From: an uncultured Eubacteriales bacterium
Lineage (GTDB): Bacteria > Acidobacteriota > Aminicenantia > Aminicenantales > UBA8522
Length of the DNA stretch: 64,000 bases
Reading direction: 5' to 3'
NCBI GenBank assembly: GCA_964445305.1
Contig: CAYUKK010000020.1
Location: 6,352-70,351, forward strand
This document shows, in pieces, positions 34,027 to 43,163 of this stretch. The notes below the pieces were generated by a model. That model saw nothing but the letters and a program-made list of their open reading frames with translations, was not told the DNA's origin and searched no databases. Every line of letters starts with the position of its first letter. Positions within the stretch are counted from its first letter, which is position 1. Made by a program: the position numbers and the translations under genes.

Positions 34027-37000
34027 CTAAAATCCGGGGAAAAAGCTGAGCTGGAAGACCCAGTCCTTGTTCGGTCGGTCGAACGGTTTAACGGCATTGA
34101 AACCAAGGATCAGATAACCGAAAACGTTGAAGCGAAGACCAACGCCAGCGCTCGAAACGGGTTTTCGAGTCCCGTTGAGAAACGTAGGCTTGGCTGCATT
34201 TTCCCAGGCCACACCCCAATCATAGAAGAAGACCATGTCCACCGGGAAGACGCCGTAGTATCCCTTGCCGATGCCGAGCACCCGGAAAAGAGGAAAACGG
34301 AGTTCAGCATTCCCGACCAAAATCTTGCTGCCATAAAGACGATTGAGATCGAAGGCGTTTGGACCCGACAATTCCTCATAATTAAAAGAATAATAATCGT
34401 AACCACGGACGAGGCTCTCGTACCCGATATAAACAGGCCAGAGGCGCTCATCTTCCGCGTCTTTTCCGTAACGTCCGTAATGGAGCAAGCGGAAGGCGAG
34501 GGTGAAAGGCTTGGCCGGCACGAAATAACGCCGGTAATCAGCGAGGAGCGTCTGGTAAGAGATAGAGCCGATGGTCGGTGTAAGCTCGAGAAGGTAGCTC
34601 TGCCCCAGAATGGGACCTGTAGCCCCCCACAAAGCGCTGTCATAGACGAGAGCCAGGCTGGTGTAGAAAAAGTGGATGCTGTCGGGCGCGGGAAGTTGCT
34701 GGATGTCTCGAACGAGCTGCGTTCCGTCGTAAGCCGAAAACATCTGCGTGACGATTTCCTGGCTGAAGTCGATGTACTGGAAACCGCTCCGCATCTCGAC
34801 ACGCCGAACCTGGTTAAACGGGTAAGCGAGGAAACCCTGGATTTGATAATTTATCTGCCAATAGAGATAGTCCTCCTCGATGTAGACGGGCTCGCCGTAA
34901 AAATAGCCTGTACCGACGGAATAAGACCCAATGACATAAGGAATCCGACCGACGGCTCCACCCCAATTCAACCGCCGTCGGGAATTCTGGTAACTGAGGA
35001 TGGCTGTGGCATCCTTGAGGCGACTGGAGACTTGAGCTAAGGTCCCCAGGCTGTGGTAGCCGAGCATATCGGACCAGAAGAGGGCCACCCCGCCGCCCGT
35101 ATAGGTCCCAAAACGGTCGATGCCGACGCCCACCTGGGGCGGTGCCACGTAATCCAGGCTCAGCTTCGGCTTGTATTCAGACACGGGGAATTCCATCTGC
35201 TCGGGAAGCCCGAAAAGGGGGTTGCGGAGGAGGCCGAGAAGGGAGCCAGACGGCTCTTCCCGCGGCGGGAGAACAGAGAGGAGCTTCCCTTCGAACCGAG
35301 CTAATTCGGGTTTTCCGGCGAGGATTTCCTTTTCCTCAAGAGCATAGATGGAAAACCGGCCTTCTTCATAGGCAGAATAGATCATCCTCCCCGTCGCCGA
35401 GGCGACCGAAAGCGTCGGGCTCAACTCGGTGATACCACTCACGCCCGTGTAGAGGTTGGTCACCTGGAAAATATTCCCTGAGCTCAATTCAAGCCGGTAT
35501 ACATCCGGCTTGCCGCTGACATCAGAGACAAAATAGAGGCTTCGCGAGTCGGGAGACCACTGGGGGTTGATGTTCTTGGCGCCGTTAAACGCCTCAACAC
35601 GGGTGATTTTGCCTGATTCCGGGTCAATGAGGGCCAGCTCGTAATCGCCGTAGCTCAGGAGCGAAAGGTCAGTGCCGAAGCGGTCGGTGACGAAGGCGAT
35701 GGCCCGGCCATCGGGCGACCAGGCAGCTTGGAGGTCAGCAAAAGGGTCGTCCGTCAGCTGTTTCAATCTCCCTGAGCCAAGGTCATAAACATAGAGGTCA
35801 GTCTGTCCCCTGGACAGGGCGGTGAAAACGATGTGTCGGTTGTCGGGCGACCAGGAAGGGTTAAAAATTTCATCCAGGTTCGAGAAGGGGATTTCATCGA
35901 TTATCTTCTCCCGCTCGACATCATAAAAAGTCAGGATGGGCTTGCCCTTGCTAACTGCGCCAAAAACGAACCTCTTCCCCTGCCCATCCCACGCTCCAGA
36001 AGACCGGATGAACTGGATGCTCTCGAACTCTGGGTCGACAGCGGTTTCGGTAATCTTTTTCTTGATGGAACCGGTCTTGGGGTCGGCGAGGTAGAGGTCG
36101 ATGGAAAACAGATCCCGGGTGGAGAGGAAGATGATGTCTTTCCCGTCCGGACTGAGAGCCGGGGCAACGTTATACGGGTTCATCTCCGTCCCTTTGAAAA
36201 TGACTTTGGCTGTTAGGCTGGGGACCTCGGTCTGGGAGACAAGCGGCTCATACCTTTTCTTATAGGCTTCGAGCCATTCCTTGGACAGGGTTTCGTAATT
36301 TACACCAAGAACTCTTGTCATCACGCTTTCCAGGTCGCCAACTCGGCCCACGCCCTTGAGGAGTCGAGCGATCGTCTCATCTCCCCACTTGCCCGTGATG
36401 TAGGCTAAGAGGCCGTGGCCGTAACGATAGGGGAAGTATTTGTAAGGATTGTCCAGCTTCTTGATCGGAGGAATCTCCTTTCTCTGGGTGGCGTCCCTCA
36501 TCCACATGGCCGTTTGAGCGTCGACCGACCCAATCGACAGATATTCAGACATCCCCTCAATGAACCACAGGGGAACACGCATGGCGGTGGAGCCAGCGTA
36601 GCCACCAGGCCGCCCCTGGGAGGTAATATCAAACTGGAAGGCGTGGACGAGCTCATGGCCGATGACATGGTCGGTTTCGGCAAGCGACGACCCGACGGGA
36701 AGGATGATCCGCCGCTTGAAAGCCTCGGTGACGCCACCCGTTCCTTCTGAGATTAAATCTGGAATGGCGGTCGTCTGCTGGAAATGGGTCGAGCTGGAAT
36801 AGAGGATGAGGGGCTGGCGACCTTTGAGTTCATGGTTGAGGATCCGGCTTAGCCGAGAATACCACCGCTCAGCCATGCGAGCGGCATGGTTGGCCATGGC
36901 CCCGAACTCAGGATAATAATAGATGTCAAAGTGTTTCGTCTTGAGGATTTTGAAGTCAAAATGCTCATACTGGACCTTGTTCCGGCCAAAGTACTGGGCC

Positions 37001-37083
37001 GTTGCACTCAAGGCGAAAAAGCTGAGGCAAAGAAAAGCCGCCATGAGGCTGGCTATCCCGCGACGATATATCTTTGGCTTCAT
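34027..37083 (-). CDS. Large outer-membrane protein: N-terminal HExxH zinc-metallopeptidase-like domain + PD40/TolB-type beta-propeller repeats + C-terminal Omp85 (BamA/TamA-like) beta-barrel
   Basis: Signal peptide (MKPKIYRRGIASLMAAFLCLSFFALSATAQ). A zinc-binding motif HELVHAF within a peptidase-MA-like region. At least 4 PD40 repeats (LSPDGKDIIFLSTRD, WSPDNRHIVFTAL, WSPDGRAIAFVTDRFG, WSPDSRSLYFVSDVSGKPDVYRLE). The C-terminal 300 aa have alternating beta-strand character and end GVGLRFNVFGYLILGFNAVKPF...QLSFFPGF, an Omp85-type barrel terminus with the aromatic last residue. Confidence 0.65.
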   Translation of the reverse strand: MKPKIYRRGIASLMAAFLCLSFFALSATAQYFGRNKVQYEHFDFKILKTKHFDIYYYPEFGAMANHAARMAERWYSRLSRILNHELKGRQPLILYSSSTHFQQTTAIPDLISEGTGGVTEAFKRRIILPVGSSLAETDHVIGHELVHAFQFDITSQGRPGGYAGSTAMRVPLWFIEGMSEYLSIGSVDAQTAMWMRDATQRKEIPPIKKLDNPYKYFPYRYGHGLLAYITGKWGDETIARLLKGVGRVGDLESVMTRVLGVNYETLSKEWLEAYKKRYEPLVSQTEVPSLTAKVIFKGTEMNPYNVAPALSPDGKDIIFLSTRDLFSIDLYLADPKTGSIKKKITETAVDPEFESIQFIRSSGAWDGQGKRFVFGAVSKGKPILTFYDVEREKIIDEIPFSNLDEIFNPSWSPDNRHIVFTALSRGQTDLYVYDLGSGRLKQLTDDPFADLQAAWSPDGRAIAFVTDRFGTDLSLLSYGDYELALIDPESGKITRVEAFNGAKNINPQWSPDSRSLYFVSDVSGKPDVYRLELSSGNIFQVTNLYTGVSGITELSPTLSVASATGRMIYSAYEEGRFSIYALEEKEILAGKPELARFEGKLLSVLPPREEPSGSLLGLLRNPLFGLPEQMEFPVSEYKPKLSLDYVAPPQVGVGIDRFGTYTGGGVALFWSDMLGYHSLGTLAQVSSRLKDATAILSYQNSRRRLNWGGAVGRIPYVIGSYSVGTGYFYGEPVYIEEDYLYWQINYQIQGFLAYPFNQVRRVEMRSGFQYIDFSQEIVTQMFSAYDGTQLVRDIQQLPAPDSIHFFYTSLALVYDSALWGATGPILGQSYLLELTPTIGSISYQTLLADYRRYFVPAKPFTLAFRLLHYGRYGKDAEDERLWPVYIGYESLVRGYDYYSFNYEELSGPNAFDLNRLYGSKILVGNAELRFPLFRVLGIGKGYYGVFPVDMVFFYDWGVAWENAAKPTFLNGTRKPVSSAGVGLRFNVFGYLILGFNAVKPFDRPNKDWVFQLSFFPGF

Positions 37084-37602
37084 TGTTTCCTCCGTCTTTT
37101 CTTGGCCGCTTTAATTCTTACTTTTCCTATCTATTATATCGAAATAATAAATTTTAAGCTACACTCGCCCGGCGATTTTTCCTTTTTTATCTTTGACAGC
37201 GCAGCTCGCAAATTATTGGTCGCGTCCTTTTCTCCCTTCATATCCATTATAAACAAAACTCCACCCATTATTAAGCAAATTTTGTGCCAAAATGGAGCTT
37301 TCTTTTGCCTTAGCCCCATGCCTCTATCCAGAAAGAAATGTCTTTACCCGAGGACACCTGTCATCTAACGACAAACGGCGCGTTTCTTATCTCTTTTTCT
37401 TTTTTCTTTATCCTCGACTAAAATGAATGGATGGCGAGCATATGGACCTCCAATAAAATCGGCTATGGTCTCGGCTATGAGTCAAGTACTTACGCGATGG
37501 CCCCAGGCCGCACGATCCGCCCCCGAAGGTCCTGCTGCCTCCAGAAGAGCGGTTTCGCTTGAATTTTCGATGCAGAGAAAAGATAATGCGAAGGAGATGC
37601 TC

Positions 37603-38049
37603 ATGACCAAGAAAATTTTGGCGCCCCTATTTGTCGTCTGCTTGAGCTTCTCTTTTCTCCCCGGACAGACAAACCCGTATGGTCTTGGCCTCATTGTCAT
37701 TGAGCCCACGGGCTTGACAGGAAAAATCTGGTGGAGCCGGACGGCGCTGGATGCGGCCATAGGCTGGTCTTCCCTCTCCGGACACCGCCTCCACCTCCAC
37801 GCTGATTATCTTTTTTATAAATATTCTCTTCATGCCGATAGCCGGGTCGATTTCTCCTTCTATCTTGGAGCGGGGGGCAAGGTCATCTTTGAGGAGCATG
37901 ACAATGCCTGGTTCCGTTTTCCTCTGGGCATCGACTTCCTGAGCAAGAAGTCGCCCGTCAATGTCTTTTTTGAGGTCGTGCCCTCTTTCAACTTCAAAGA
38001 GCTCGACCTTGTGGGCGCTCTCGGCCTCCGCTACACCTTCTGCCGGTAG
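37603..38049 (+). CDS. Small secreted beta-rich protein, possible 8-strand outer-membrane barrel
   Basis: Start at the ATG 6 nt after AAGGAG. Signal peptide MTKKILAPLFVVCLSF, alternating hydrophobic pattern, C-terminal aromatic residue. Confidence 0.4.
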   Translation: MTKKILAPLFVVCLSFSFLPGQTNPYGLGLIVIEPTGLTGKIWWSRTALDAAIGWSSLSGHRLHLHADYLFYKYSLHADSRVDFSFYLGAGGKVIFEEHDNAWFRFPLGIDFLSKKSPVNVFFEVVPSFNFKELDLVGALGLRYTFCR

Positions 38050-38356
38050 GACGAGCCCGCCTTCAACCTGATCTTCCTTCAGAACCAGAGAAGGAGGCAT
38101 CTTTTTTCCCGTGAGAAAAGCCAAACTCTTTTTAGGAATGGGTGACACGGCGCCAGTCCCCGCAACGCCCGGAAAGGCAGGGGCTCCCCACGGGGATGGG
38201 TGAGGCGAGGACGGACAGGGACAGACCGGGACAGGCGCCTTTCTCATCACGGAATTAGAGATGCTTGCATCCGAGAAAAAATCTTTGCACTGGGATGCTT
38301 TTTCTGTTATAGTTTTAGCTGCCCATCCAAGGAAGGTTCTATCGAGGAGGAAAACA

Positions 38357-39352
38357 ATGAAGAAATCTACCGCCTTAGTTTTGACCTTCTTTACCTTTTT
38401 CCTCTGGTCTTGCGCTAAGAAGCCCGCCGCTCCGCAGGCTGGAAGCGCCAAGGCAGAGGACATGATGTCCCTTTTGCCCAAGGAGGCAAGAGGGATGATC
38501 ATCGTCGACGTCCACAGGGCCATGGCGACAGAGGCAGCTCAAAAAATGCTTCAGGAGGACAAGAATTACCAGAAATACCAGGAATTCATCCAGGAGACGG
38601 GCATTGACCCGAAAAAAGATGTATTTTTCCTCGCTGCCGCCATGGGTGGCGAAATCGGCAAGGAAGAAGCACAGCAGGGAGTCGCTGTTCTCAACCTGAA
38701 ATACAACCGCGACCTCCTCGTGAGCAAAATCAAGAAAGAAGGCGCCAAAATCCAGGAGACTGATTATAACGGGGTCCGCCTCTATCAGGGAATCCAGATG
38801 GAGGCGGAAGAAAAACCGGTGAGCGGGGCCTTCCTTGACGATTCGAACATCGTCGTCGGTAGCGACCCCTTCGTCCGGGCGGTGATCGACGTCTACCAGA
38901 AGAAAGCAGACAACATCCTCAAGAATCAGGAAATGGCTGGCCTAGTCAAAGGGATGAACAAGACGGCCATGGTTTACGGCGCTTTCCTCGTTCCGCCCGG
39001 TGCTCTGACCGAGGTTGCCTCCAAGAATCCTATGCTCAGCCCCTTCGAGAGCATCACTTCGGTGCTCCTTTCCTTCGATTATCGAGACAAAGTTTTTGAG
39101 GCGGAAATCAAAGCTCAAAGCGCCGACGCTGATAAGAACAAACAAATGGCCGATGCTTTGAACGGCTTCAAGGCTCTTGGCTCGGCCGCTGCGTCCAAGG
39201 AACCCGAATTGGCCGAGGTGCTCAATCGTTTGGAAATCGTCTCGACGCCGGAGCATGTCAGGATTTCCATCTCCCTGCCCGAAACCCTCATCGACCACCT
39301 GAGCCAGAAGCTGAAAGCCAAGCCCCAAGAGGAAAAACAAGAGGAGAACTAA
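38357..39352 (+). CDS. Lipoprotein of unknown function
   Basis: GAGGAGG site followed by ATG. Lipobox LWSC at the end of the signal peptide (MKKSTALVLTFFTFFLWSCAKK). Acidic, Lys/Glu-rich C-terminus. Confidence 0.5.
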   Translation: MKKSTALVLTFFTFFLWSCAKKPAAPQAGSAKAEDMMSLLPKEARGMIIVDVHRAMATEAAQKMLQEDKNYQKYQEFIQETGIDPKKDVFFLAAAMGGEIGKEEAQQGVAVLNLKYNRDLLVSKIKKEGAKIQETDYNGVRLYQGIQMEAEEKPVSGAFLDDSNIVVGSDPFVRAVIDVYQKKADNILKNQEMAGLVKGMNKTAMVYGAFLVPPGALTEVASKNPMLSPFESITSVLLSFDYRDKVFEAEIKAQSADADKNKQMADALNGFKALGSAAASKEPELAEVLNRLEIVSTPEHVRISISLPETLIDHLSQKLKAKPQEEKQEEN

Positions 39353-40137
39353 TCCTCGAGGTTGTATTCTTTCTGAGAAAAAAGCAAACAGGCCAGCCCC
39401 AGAAATCCGGCTGTAATGAGGAAGAGAATCAAGAGGGCAAGGCCGGGCTTCGTCGGCTCTAAGCGAAAGGTAAGGAAGGAAAACCTTCCGGAAGACGGAA
39501 GAGGGAGGAAAGATTTCAAGTAGTGGACGATGGCGAAGCGCTGGGTTGACCCCGGAAAATACTGGATGACGTTTTCCCAGCCAAAGCTGAAGAGAAGCCC
39601 GGCAAAGATGGATTTCCTCAGGAAGCTACCAAAAAAGGTGAAAAATGCTCCATAAGCCAAAAGCCCCAGGGTGAGTACCCCGAAATAGCGGCCCAGGACG
39701 GCAAGCCGTCTAAGCTCCCCGAGCCGGTCAAAGTTCAAGACAAGGAAGGAAGCGAGCAAGCCCAGTCCCACCATCGCGATGGGAATGACCATGTAGGCAG
39801 CATACTTGCCCAGAACCACTGCTGATTTGGGCAGGGGCCTGGTGACCAGGTAAGGAAGCGTTTTTCCCTCAACCTCCTCGGCGCAGACAGAAGTTCCGTA
39901 AAAAAGGGCCAGAATCAGGATGATGAATTGGAGGTAAAAAATCATGATGATGTTAGAAAAAAGGTAGAGGCCTTCCCTCAGTCCCCGGCCCTGGCCGAAG
40001 GCTTGATGGAACCTGATGATAATAGCCACGACGACAGGCAGGAAGCTCGCCACGAAGAACAACTTGGTCCGCCGTGACCTTCTCCCCAGAAAAAAGGCGA
40101 AGGAAAAAACACGGCCGAGAGCGCTCCAGAAACTCAT
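39349..40137 (-). CDS. ABC-2 type transporter permease
   Basis: 262 aa with 6 TM helices. Its stop is adjacent to the ATPase gene on the same strand. Confidence 0.55.
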   Translation of the reverse strand: MSFWSALGRVFSFAFFLGRRSRRTKLFFVASFLPVVVAIIIRFHQAFGQGRGLREGLYLFSNIIMIFYLQFIILILALFYGTSVCAEEVEGKTLPYLVTRPLPKSAVVLGKYAAYMVIPIAMVGLGLLASFLVLNFDRLGELRRLAVLGRYFGVLTLGLLAYGAFFTFFGSFLRKSIFAGLLFSFGWENVIQYFPGSTQRFAIVHYLKSFLPLPSSGRFSFLTFRLEPTKPGLALLILFLITAGFLGLACLLFSQKEYNLED

Positions 40138-41064
40138 CTACTTTCCCACAAGATAATCAAAAACCGCCTGCAAGTTATCATCGGCCGAGGTAATTTCCTC
40201 GACCCCGATCCTGTGCTCGACGATAAGAGAAAGAAGCAGGCTAAAGAACTTATCCCGGTTTCTCGTCTCGACGACCAGAGACCGCCCATCTGAGCCGAAC
40301 ATCAGCTTGAGGACATTCTCGTCGTTCATGAAAAGGCTGGCCAGCCGACGCGGCTCGGCGCAGCGGATGGAAATGAGGTGCGGATGGCTCTCGATGAGCT
40401 CGCGGATGTCCTGGACATCCCCCTGGGCAAAAACCTTACCCTGATGGATGAGGATAATCGTCGTCGTCAAAGCCTCGATCTCGGGAAGAATATGACTCGA
40501 AACGATGACTGTCCTCCCCTCCCGCTTGAAATCCTTGATCAACCGGATGAGCTTCCTTTTCCCCAATGGGTCCATGCCGCTGAGCGGCTCATCCAGGATA
40601 ATCACCTCAGGGTCGTGGGCGATGGCCTGGGCCACCTTCAACCTCTGCCTCATCCCCCGGCTGTAGGCTCGGATAAGCCTATCCTTGTCCTGATAGAGGT
40701 CGACGATGTGGAGCGTCTTTTCCGCCTTCGCTCTTGCCTCCGCGGCCGAAAAGCCATGGAGCTTGAGCAAGCCGAGCAGGAATTCCCAGCCCGTTATTTC
40801 CTCGTAGAAAGAATCATGCTCGGGGCAGAACCCGACACGGAAAAAAAGGGCGGGGTTATTCTTCACCCGCTGCCCGAAAATCGTGACCGAGCCGATGCTC
40901 GGCCGGAGCTGCCCGGTGAGCAACTTGAGGAGAGTGGACTTACCCGCGCCGTTGGGACCGAGCAAGCCCGTGATGCCCGGCTCTATTTCGAGGCTGACAT
41001 CGCTCAGCCCGAGGACATTCCCGTACCACTTGGAAAGCCTTGCCGTGACGATGACAGCGCTCAT
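40138..41064 (-). CDS. ABC transporter ATP-binding protein
   Basis: Walker A (GLLGPNGAGKSTLLKLL), ABC signature (LSGMDPLGKRKL) and Walker B (IILDEP). Confidence 0.85.
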   Translation of the reverse strand: MSAVIVTARLSKWYGNVLGLSDVSLEIEPGITGLLGPNGAGKSTLLKLLTGQLRPSIGSVTIFGQRVKNNPALFFRVGFCPEHDSFYEEITGWEFLLGLLKLHGFSAAEARAKAEKTLHIVDLYQDKDRLIRAYSRGMRQRLKVAQAIAHDPEVIILDEPLSGMDPLGKRKLIRLIKDFKREGRTVIVSSHILPEIEALTTTIILIHQGKVFAQGDVQDIRELIESHPHLISIRCAEPRRLASLFMNDENVLKLMFGSDGRSLVVETRNRDKFFSLLLSLIVEHRIGVEEITSADDNLQAVFDYLVGK

Positions 41065-41927
41065 CGAACCACCTCAACTCCCCTGACCTTGCGGCGGAGG
41101 ACAAGAACCGCGACAAGGCAAATGCCCACCAGAATAAGGAAAGAATACAGCCAGGAAACGGGATAGGGAGGCTTCTGCTGGAAAAAGAAGGCGCCTGTTT
41201 GCTGGAGGTTTCTTTTGAGGGACAGGAGAACGAAGCCAGGCTTTCTGAAATTCTCGTAGAAAAAACCGAAGAAAATATCCGAAGCAACATAAATAGCAAA
41301 AATAAGGATGGAGACGTACCTCCTGTTCCGGCTTAAAGAAGACAGGAGGAGGGTGTAGAGGCAAAAAAAGGCCGTTGTCAGAAGAGAGCTCGCCACCACA
41401 GCTGTCGGCAGCCAGGGATATGTCGCCAGGAAGCTAAAGCTTCCGGCAAAAAGCAGTTTGAAGACGATGAAGAGAAGGCCGGGCACGAGGGTCAAGGAAA
41501 GAAGGAAGAAAACCAGGACAGCCATCTTCCCCATTAAATAATCTTTCTTCGCCAACGGACGCGCAAAATAAAGCTGGAGGGCGTTATATTTCAGGTCGTC
41601 AGAAATCAACCCCGCCCCGCTCACGAGCATGATCATGAGCATCATGAAAAGCAAGAAATCGCTGTTGAAATAAGTCAAAAAATATTTTGGGTTGACTTCG
41701 AGAACCCTCGGGCCGCGCAACATGGACTGAAAGTCCTCGACCCGCTCAGCGATATAGATGCCGACAATAAAGGCAAAAGCCGGCCCAAACGCGCCGGCGT
41801 AGATGAACTTGAAATATTTCTTCTTGAAGGCGAGTCGGATTCCTAACCTGGTGATAGGCCACCACGCCAGGCGCCTCGCCCGGAGCTCTCCCTCCCAGTG
41901 CGTGTAGCCCTTTTCTCGAATGGTCAT
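41061..41927 (-). CDS. ABC-2 type transporter permease (second)
   Basis: 288 aa polytopic membrane protein. 4-nt overlaps with both flanking ATPase genes. Confidence 0.55.
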   Translation of the reverse strand: MTIREKGYTHWEGELRARRLAWWPITRLGIRLAFKKKYFKFIYAGAFGPAFAFIVGIYIAERVEDFQSMLRGPRVLEVNPKYFLTYFNSDFLLFMMLMIMLVSGAGLISDDLKYNALQLYFARPLAKKDYLMGKMAVLVFFLLSLTLVPGLLFIVFKLLFAGSFSFLATYPWLPTAVVASSLLTTAFFCLYTLLLSSLSRNRRYVSILIFAIYVASDIFFGFFYENFRKPGFVLLSLKRNLQQTGAFFFQQKPPYPVSWLYSFLILVGICLVAVLVLRRKVRGVEVVR

Positions 41928-42838
41928 CCGTCGGCTCCGACAACTTTGGCGAAAAGGTCTTCGAGAGAAGTCTGGCTGCGAACAAAATGGCGGACCTGGA
42001 TTTTCTCCTCAGCCGCAATCCGAAAAACCTCCAGGATATCCATGTCCGAGGGAACGAAGAGGCGAAGGAGCTTATCCTCTGTCTCCTCGACCTTGCATCC
42101 GAGCTCGCCGAGCCTCATCTTGAATCCTTCTCCATCGCCTTTGATTTTGAGTTCGTAGAGCCTGAAGTCGAGACGCTTGAGTTCGCTCAGCTTTCCCTGA
42201 GTCACGACCAGGCCTTTGTTCAGAATAACGACTGAGGAGCAAACCGATTCGATATCGGAAAGGATGTGGGAGGAAATCAAGACCTGGATGTCTTTCCGGG
42301 AGGAAATATCCTGGATGAGCTCGAGGATTTCCTGGCGTCCTTGGGGGTCGAGGTTGGAAGTTGGTTCGTCGAGAAAAAGAAGCTTAGGGTCATGGACGAT
42401 GGCCTGAGCCAACTTCAGACGCTGCCTCATCCCGGCCGAGTAGGTTTCGAGGAGACGGTACCGGGACTCCCCCAGACCAACGTAGAAAAGGACTTCGTGG
42501 GCCCTTTTCATCGCCTCCTGGCGGGGCATCCCCGAAAGCTCCCCGAAATGAGCTGTGAACGTCACGGCGTCCAGGCCAGGAATCAAGCAATCGTCCTCGG
42601 GCATATAGCCGACATACCGGCGAATGGAAGGCTGCTCCTGCTTGATGTCAAAGCCCAGAACCCTCCCTTCTCCCTGCTGGGGTGGCAGGAAGCCGAGCAG
42701 GATGCGAAGGAGGGTGCTCTTTCCCGCTCCATTGGGCCCGAGAAGGCCGGTCGCACCTTCCTCCAAGCTCAAGTCGATGCCGCGAAGGGCCGGGGTTTGG
42801 CCGTAGCTAAAGTGGATATTTTTGAGCTCGATGATCAT
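41924..42838 (-). CDS. ABC transporter ATP-binding protein (second)
   Basis: Walker A (GLLGPNGAGKSTLLRIL), ABC signature (YSAGMRQRLKLAQA), and Walker B (LFLDEPTSNLD). Confidence 0.85.
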   Translation of the reverse strand: MIIELKNIHFSYGQTPALRGIDLSLEEGATGLLGPNGAGKSTLLRILLGFLPPQQGEGRVLGFDIKQEQPSIRRYVGYMPEDDCLIPGLDAVTFTAHFGELSGMPRQEAMKRAHEVLFYVGLGESRYRLLETYSAGMRQRLKLAQAIVHDPKLLFLDEPTSNLDPQGRQEILELIQDISSRKDIQVLISSHILSDIESVCSSVVILNKGLVVTQGKLSELKRLDFRLYELKIKGDGEGFKMRLGELGCKVEETEDKLLRLFVPSDMDILEVFRIAAEEKIQVRHFVRSQTSLEDLFAKVVGADG

Positions 42839-43163
42839 GCTGCCCGTTCTTCTTCTCTCGTTTCTCTATCTTCTACGAAACTTGTCGGTCAAAGTTTCCT
42901 CTCGACGGCTTCTCCCCTCTTCGTCCAAGAAAAGCATGGACAGCACTCCGAACTCCCCACTGACTCTTCTCCTCAAGGGGTGAACTTATCTTTCCAAGTT
43001 TCGGCTCATATCCCAAACGCGAAGCGACGGATGATTTAAGGCTAATACTATAAGGACGAGAAAAAAAGTTGTCAATCACCATCGATGGAGATTGGCTTTT
43101 CTTGACGGAATGATTCCTCCACACTACATTAAGAGGGCAATGAAATCTCGTCAGGGAGGAATC

